Assembly: GCA_965203905.1 (NCBI GenBank)
Contig: CBDBDQ010000005.1
Location: 4,416,001 to 4,480,000 of the forward strand
Direction of reading: 5' to 3'
Length of the DNA: 64,000 bases
Source of the DNA: Spirochaetia bacterium
Lineage (GTDB): Bacteria > Spirochaetota > Spirochaetia > SZUA-6 > Bin103
Below the pieces are notes generated by a model that worked only from the letters and a program-made list of their open reading frames with translations, was not told the origin of the DNA and searched no databases. The position numbers and the translations under genes are program-made. Shown one piece after another: positions 58,862-64,000 of the stretch; position 1 is the stretch's first letter, and each line of letters starts with the position of its first letter.

Positions 58862-60373
58862 TTACAGCCCAGGCACGATTTCCGACTCCTTGAGCACCAC
58901 GTCGTGGGCGCCACCTTCCCGCAGGCTGGTGGCGGAGACCACCGTAAGCCGTGCTTCCCGGTGCAGCGCCGCGATGTCGGTGACCCCGCAGTTGCACATG
59001 GTGCTCTTGATCTTGCCCAGCGTCTGGTTGAGGTTGTCGCGCAGCTCGCCGGCGTAGGGCACGTAGCCGTCCACACCTTCCTCGAAGGCGAGCCCACCCG
59101 CCTGCGGGTGGCCGTTGTAGCGCTGCCAGTTGCGGGCCCTGATGGTGCCCTCGCCCCAGTACTCCTTGACGAAGTTGGTGCCCATGCGGAGACGCGGCGC
59201 GGGACTCTCGTCGAAGCGCGCGAAGTAGCGGCCCATCATCACGCAGTCCGCCCCCATCGCCAGTGCCAGGGTGATGTGGTAGTCGTGGAAGATGCCGCCG
59301 TCGGCGCAGATCGGGACGTACTCGCCGGTCTCCTGCAACAGCCGGTCGCGGGCCGCCGCGACGTCCAGCACCGCGCTGGCTTGGCCGCGGCCCATTCCTT
59401 TCTGCTCCCGCGTGATGCAGATCGAGCCGGGGCCCACGCCCACCTTGACGAAGTCGGCGCCCGCCGCGGCGAGGTAGCGGAATCCCTCGCCGTCCACCAC
59501 GTTGCCGGCGCCGACGCACACGCTGTCCCCGTAGCGTTCCTTCACCCACGCCAGGCAGTCGTGCTGGAACTCGGAATAGCCGTCCGAGGAATCGATGCAC
59601 AGCACGTCGACCCCCGCGTCGATCAGGCTGGGCACGCGCTCGGCGTAGTCGTGGGTGTTGATTCCGGCACCCACCATGAGCCGTTTCTCGTGGTCGATCA
59701 GCTCGTCCGGATTCTCCTTGTGCTCGTCGTAGTCCTTGCGGAACACCAGGTAGCGCAGCCGGTGCTCGTGGTCGATGATCGGCAGGCAGTTGAGGCGGTG
59801 CTCCCAGATCAGGTTGTTGGCCTCGGTCAGGGTGATGCCGTCGCGGCCGTACACGAGCTCCCGGAACGGCGTCATCAGGTCTTCCACCGGCTGCTCCAGG
59901 GCGACGTGGCCGAGGCGGTAGTCGCGGCCGGTGAGGATGCCCAGCAGGCGGCCGTTGGCGCTGCCGCTGTCGGTCACCGCCATGGTGGTGTGTCCGGTGG
60001 TGCGGCTGAGCTCCAGCACGTCACGCAGCGTCGCCCGTGGCGAGACGTTGGTGTCGCTTACCACGAATCCGGCCTTGAACTTCTTCACCCGGCGCACCAT
60101 TTCCGCCTGCTGCGCTATCGGCTGCGAGGTGAAGATGAACGCCAGGCCGCCCGAGCGTGCCAGCGCCACCGCCATCGCGTCGTCGGACACCGACTGCATC
60201 ATCGCCGAGATGAGCGGCACGTTCAGGGTGAGCTGCGCGGCGTCGGGTGGCCGGTGGCGGGTCAGCGGCGCGCGCAGACTGACGTTGGCGGGAATGCACT
60301 CGCGCCGCGTCAGGTTGGGAAGCAGCAGGTACTCGCTGAACGTGCGCGAGATTCCGGGTACTACGGTGGCCAT
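58862..60373 (-). CDS. guaB: IMP dehydrogenase
   Basis: [11 protein letters not shown] pair, [23 protein letters not shown]. Confidence 0.95.
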   Translation of the reverse strand: MATVVPGISRTFSEYLLLPNLTRRECIPANVSLRAPLTRHRPPDAAQLTLNVPLISAMMQSVSDDAMAVALARSGGLAFIFTSQPIAQQAEMVRRVKKFKAGFVVSDTNVSPRATLRDVLELSRTTGHTTMAVTDSGSANGRLLGILTGRDYRLGHVALEQPVEDLMTPFRELVYGRDGITLTEANNLIWEHRLNCLPIIDHEHRLRYLVFRKDYDEHKENPDELIDHEKRLMVGAGINTHDYAERVPSLIDAGVDVLCIDSSDGYSEFQHDCLAWVKERYGDSVCVGAGNVVDGEGFRYLAAAGADFVKVGVGPGSICITREQKGMGRGQASAVLDVAAARDRLLQETGEYVPICADGGIFHDYHITLALAMGADCVMMGRYFARFDESPAPRLRMGTNFVKEYWGEGTIRARNWQRYNGHPQAGGLAFEEGVDGYVPYAGELRDNLNQTLGKIKSTMCNCGVTDIAALHREARLTVVSATSLREGGAHDVVLKESEIVPGL

Positions 60374-60496
60374 GCGGGTCTCCTCTCGTAGATGGGATGG
60401 GGTAGCGACGCACCACCACGTGGCGCGGTAACGGTCGGACGGATCGGTTGGGGGCGCGAGCGCGTGACGACGCGCCTCGGACGAGGCGGCCGGCAG

Positions 60497-61561
60497 TCAG
60501 CCTGAGACGGTCTGGCCCTGTGGCGCACGCAGCGCGCCGGTGAGCATGCGCTCGGTCGTGTCCCAGCTGATGCACTCGTCGGTAATGGAGATACCGTAGC
60601 GAAGCTCGCCGGGATCGTCGGGGATACTCTGCCGGCCCTCGAACAGGTTGCTCTCCAGCATGGCGCCGACGATCGGGCAGGCGGGGGACTGCGCCCGCTG
60701 TTCCAGCACGCTGTTCCAGGCGGTCTCCTGGTTCTGATGTTTCTTGCCGGAATTGTCGTGGCTGCAATCCACCATCAGCACCGGCGCCAGTCCGGAATGG
60801 TCCAGGCGGTCGACTGCCGCGCGTACGCTGGCCGCGTCGTAGTTGGTGCCGGTGCGGCCGCCGCGCAGGATCACGTGGCCGGTCCGGTTGCCGCGGGTGC
60901 TCACGACGCCGATGCGACCGTCCTGGTCGAGGCCCAGGAAGCGGTGTGGATCACGCGCCGAGACGATGGCGTCGATGGCCACCTGCAGGTTGCCGTCGGT
61001 GGAGTTCTTGAAGCCCACCGGCATCGACAGCCCGCTGGCCATCTCGCGATGGGTCTGCGACTCCGTGGTGCGCGCCCCGACCGCGGCCCATGCCACCAGG
61101 TCCGCGGTGTACTGGGGCACGATGGGGTCGAGCACCTCGGTGGCGGTGGGCAGCCCCAGCTCGTTGATCGCCAGCAGGATACGGCGGGCCATGCGCAACC
61201 CTTCGGGAATGTCAGAGGAGTAGTCGAGATGGGGGTCGATGATCATCCCCCGCCAGCCCACCGTGGTGCGCGGCTTTTCGAAGTACACGCGCATGATCAC
61301 GACGATCTCGTGCTGCACGCGGGTGGCCAGCTCGGCCAGGCGGCCGGCGTACTCCAGCGCCGCCCGCTCGTCGTGGATGGAGCAGGGACCGACGATCACC
61401 AGCAGGCGCGGGTCGCGCCGTGAGAGAATCTTCACCACCGTCTCCCGCGCCCGCACCACGGTCTCGTTGGCCGCCGGCCGCATTGGCAGTTCCTGCTTCA
61501 GCGCCCGCGGCGAGATGAGGGGGTCGATGGCGTGAACGTTGAGATCGAAAGTACGCTGCAT
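60497..61561 (-). CDS. aroF: Class I DAHP synthase (AroF/G/H type)
   Basis: GPCSIHD, RVYFEKPRTTVGW, GARTTESQTHRE, DCSHDNS, SITDEC. Confidence 0.93.
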   Translation of the reverse strand: MQRTFDLNVHAIDPLISPRALKQELPMRPAANETVVRARETVVKILSRRDPRLLVIVGPCSIHDERAALEYAGRLAELATRVQHEIVVIMRVYFEKPRTTVGWRGMIIDPHLDYSSDIPEGLRMARRILLAINELGLPTATEVLDPIVPQYTADLVAWAAVGARTTESQTHREMASGLSMPVGFKNSTDGNLQVAIDAIVSARDPHRFLGLDQDGRIGVVSTRGNRTGHVILRGGRTGTNYDAASVRAAVDRLDHSGLAPVLMVDCSHDNSGKKHQNQETAWNSVLEQRAQSPACPIVGAMLESNLFEGRQSIPDDPGELRYGISITDECISWDTTERMLTGALRAPQGQTVSG

Positions 61562-61834
61562 CCCTGGAGTAAAACGGCGGCCCGGCGGTGGCGCCGGCTA
61601 CGGTAGTCTACGGCACGCGGCAGCTCCGCATCAACCTGCGAATCCGGCGAATCCGCGGGCGCCAGACTCGGAGCGAGGCTCCTTGACGCCTCCTGACGCG
61701 CAACGGCGCGCCTTCCGAGGGCGCCGGGGAGCACCACCGTGCCCTTGCGCGTCGCCTCGGCGCAGCGGTCGAGAGCTCCTGTTGCAGCCGGGCGGCGAAC
61801 GCCGGCCTGGTCTCGCGGTTTCTCCTGAGTCGGT

Positions 61835-62044
61835 TCAGAGAGAGTGAGAGCGTGCCGGTAGCCGAACCGGGTGGCTCTCAGTCAGAGTGCCGGCACCACT
61901 GCGTCGGGCCAGGTAGGTCGAATCCGTCTCCGCCGTGACCTGGTAGGCAGCGGCGGACCGGTTCCCCTTTCGCTGAATCCGCTCGAACGACCAGACTACC
62001 GTAATGCCGGCGACCGCCAGCAACACTATCGCGCTCATCATCAT
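61835..62044 (-). CDS. Small protein with N-terminal TM helix
   Basis: GGAGG RBS before ATG 62044; hydrophobic N-terminus. Confidence 0.45.
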   Translation of the reverse strand: MMMSAIVLLAVAGITVVWSFERIQRKGNRSAAAYQVTAETDSTYLARRSGAGTLTESHPVRLPARSHSL

Positions 62045-62371
62045 CTGTGGTGCCTCCATTCGGGCGCGGTGCCATCACCACAAGAGGCTCACGACGGCAC
62101 TGATGCCCACGCCCATGAAAGCGAGCCCCCGATGGGCGATGTTCAGCCACCCCCCGCGGCTCGCAGCGGGTCGCCTGTCACCGCTCCCCACTTACGACCG
62201 TTTTCGGCGGATGCCCGGGTCTACTTGACTTGGGGCCCGAGGCCTGAGATTCGTGGAACCGTCAGATTCGATCGCAACTTCGTGAACTGCCCGAACCGAA
62301 TCGCGAATCTGCGTGCCGCACGTGAAGCCATCTGTACTGACGAAATGAACGGGGACCCTCCACCGGCAGCG

Positions 62372-62406
62372 GCTTCAATGAGGCCGCCGGAATTCATCGG
62401 CGAAAC
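62372..62406 (-). CRISPR. Detached degenerate terminal repeat
   Basis: GCTTCAATGAGGCCGCCGGAATTCATCGGCGAAAC: one substitution and one deletion versus the consensus. Confidence 0.88.
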
Positions 62407-62538
62407 CTCCTCCTGGCATAGTCGCGAGCCATCGGCAAGATGTTAGAGCGCTCGTTCTTCAGCACCGCTCCGAGCGCCATCCTATCGTCCCAGGTTATTC
62501 CTCTCATGCTCCTCGGGCGGCTCCTCCGCCCTCCTGTC

Positions 62539-62835
62539 CTACTGCCGCGGTGGCTGACTACGTCTTCGTGTTGACTCCCTACGCGCTGCCGTCCGCTCAC
62601 GCTTGCGCTGCTCCTTCGAAGACTCATCGCCCTCAGCAGGCAGCATCCCAAGCTCCACCAACTCGGTCCTGTCACCATTGGCATAGAATATAGCCCACGC
62701 CCTCTCAAGGCGTAAGGCTCTCTCAATCTGATCCGGCTCCGTAGGGTAGATGATCTCACCCTGCGGATTCCGCGCGATCAGAACTCCAATCGGATCTGTG
62801 AACCGACCTACCGCACTCTCATCAGTGTCTGACAC
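62539..62835 (-). CDS. 98-aa hypothetical protein between two CRISPR repeats
   Basis: AGGAGGA 5 nt before GTG at 62835; MSDTDESAVGRFTDPIG...basic C-terminal tail. Confidence 0.6.
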   Translation of the reverse strand: MSDTDESAVGRFTDPIGVLIARNPQGEIIYPTEPDQIERALRLERAWAIFYANGDRTELVELGMLPAEGDESSKEQRKRERTAARRESTRRRSQPPRQ

Positions 62836-62890
62836 AAATGTCCTCCTATGCCAGTGGAATCGCCCGCCGGTCAACGGGTCTGATCCACCC

Positions 62891-64000
62891 GCGTCAATGA
62901 GGCCGCCGGAATTCACCGGCGGAAACACGCGATTCCGAACAGCGTACCGGACGTGATGGGACCGGGCTTGCTTCAATGAGGCCGCCGGAATTCACCGGCG
63001 GAAACGCGCCCTGCCTGACGCCATCGACCCCGCCTGGCGACTGCTGCTTCAATGAGGCCGCCGGAATTCACCGGCGGAAACCTCCCATGCCAACAGGACA
63101 TCGCGCCCGGTAGCAGCCCGGCTTCAATGAGGCCGCCGGAATTCACCGGCGGAAACGCGAGCAGCACCTACCGGAAGGAGCACAAGCTGCTGGCGCTTCA
63201 ATGAGGCCGCCGGAATTCACCGGCGGAAACATGCAGGCACAGGCCGAACTGCAGGAGCAGGGCTTGTGGGCTTCAATGAGGCCGCCGGAATTCACCGGCG
63301 GAAACGCCATGGGAAATTGGGTCTCATCCAGCTGCCGTGACTCGCTTCAATGAGGCCGCCGGAATTCACCGGCGGAAACCACCCGCGCCGCCACCCCGGC
63401 GAACGTGCCGGGGCTGAGCTTCAATGAGGCCGCCGGAATTCACCGGCGGAAACGCGCAGGTACCAGAGCTGCTGGCACCCGACCCAATCAGGCTTCAATG
63501 AGGCCGCCGGAATTCACCGGCGGAAACACCATCATCAAGCGCGTGACCCTCAGCGAGTCGCTCATGCTTCAATGAGGCCGCCGGAATTCACCGGCGGAAA
63601 CGCGGATGGCGTGCTGGCAAGCGCAGCGCTCCAGCCCGAGCTTCAATGAGGCCGCCGGAATTCACCGGCGGAAACCGAGCACGAACTCGCGGATCTCGGC
63701 ATCGGTCCAGGCGACGCTTCAATGAGGCCGCCGGAATTCACCGGCGGAAACCGGCAGGGCCGTTCGTCTGCGCACCAGTGCCATAGACTTCGCTTCAATG
63801 AGGCCGCCGGAATTCACCGGCGGAAACTCCATTGCTCCGTCGCGTTCTGTTCTCAGATTTTGGTGCTTCAATGAGGCCGCCGGAATTCACCGGCGGAAAC
63901 CGGCAGGGCCGTTCGTCTGCGCACCAGTGCCATAGACTTCGCTTCAATGAGGCCGCCGGAATTCACCGGCGGAAACGCGCGTGCCACCACGCCCAGCGGC
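62891..64000 (-). CRISPR. CRISPR array, probably type I-G (I-U); continues beyond the window
   Basis: 15 repeats of 36 bp GCTTCAATGAGGCCGCCGGAATTCACCGGCGGAAAC (starts 62891, 62970, 63046 ... 63941; first has one mismatch), 14 complete spacers of 37-43 nt; minus strand reads GTTTCCGCCGGTGAATTCCGGCGGCCTCATTGAAGC with a CCGCCGG hairpin and ATTGAAGC end. Confidence 0.97.

Noticed and set aside
13974-60391. Many long antisense ORFs (e.g. 13974-15968, 25390-27030, 52746-54809, 58712-60391)
   Set aside because: Shadow frames of high-GC genes with clear family motifs on the other strand
62973-63167. ORFs running through CRISPR repeats (also the first 47 codons of 62539-62976)
   Set aside because: Translation of repeat-spacer units, not genes
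63828-63864. Possible self-targeting: spacer resembles 24585-24599 (tgttcttcagattt)
   Set aside because: Only about 13 nt with an indel; flanks do not match
1-64000. tRNA, rRNA, riboswitches and cas genes
   Set aside because: None recognisable by eye; cas genes and the leader are expected beyond the right edge; covariance-model searches were not possible

Overview
High-GC bacterial window with accessory segments, some visibly lower in GC. Left to right: (1) a HEPN-like gene and a hicB-hicA toxin-antitoxin pair; (2) a translationally coupled minus-strand aromatic-carotenoid (isorenieratene-type) operon, carH/litR - HMG-CoA synthase - crtE - crtY - crtI - crtB - fused crtT/crtU - crtV, with a divergent TIGR01777 oxidoreductase; (3) an eroded carbohydrate/sulfate-ester catabolic region (13-37 kb) with many deletion remnants, interrupted by a Schlafen/AlbA_2 - GT51 transglycosylase - nucleotidyltransferase three-gene cassette, a glycine-rich/toxin-like trio, two DUF433 copies and an NrtR regulator with two clear operators facing an ARPP-1/DUF6569-like gene; (4) a complete IS66-family element (41985-44575; 17-bp TIRs, 8-bp TSD) carrying a DUF4338/DruA-like gene, inserted at the stop codon of an AAA-ATPase/DUF4276 pair; (5) housekeeping genes (hpt, leuB, proS, class B PBP, guaB, DAHP synthase); (6) the trailer end of a probable type I-G CRISPR array whose last two, degenerate repeats enclose a 484-bp segment containing an RBS-led 98-aa ORF. 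All family assignments come from motif recognition by eye, not database searches; no cas genes are in the window.
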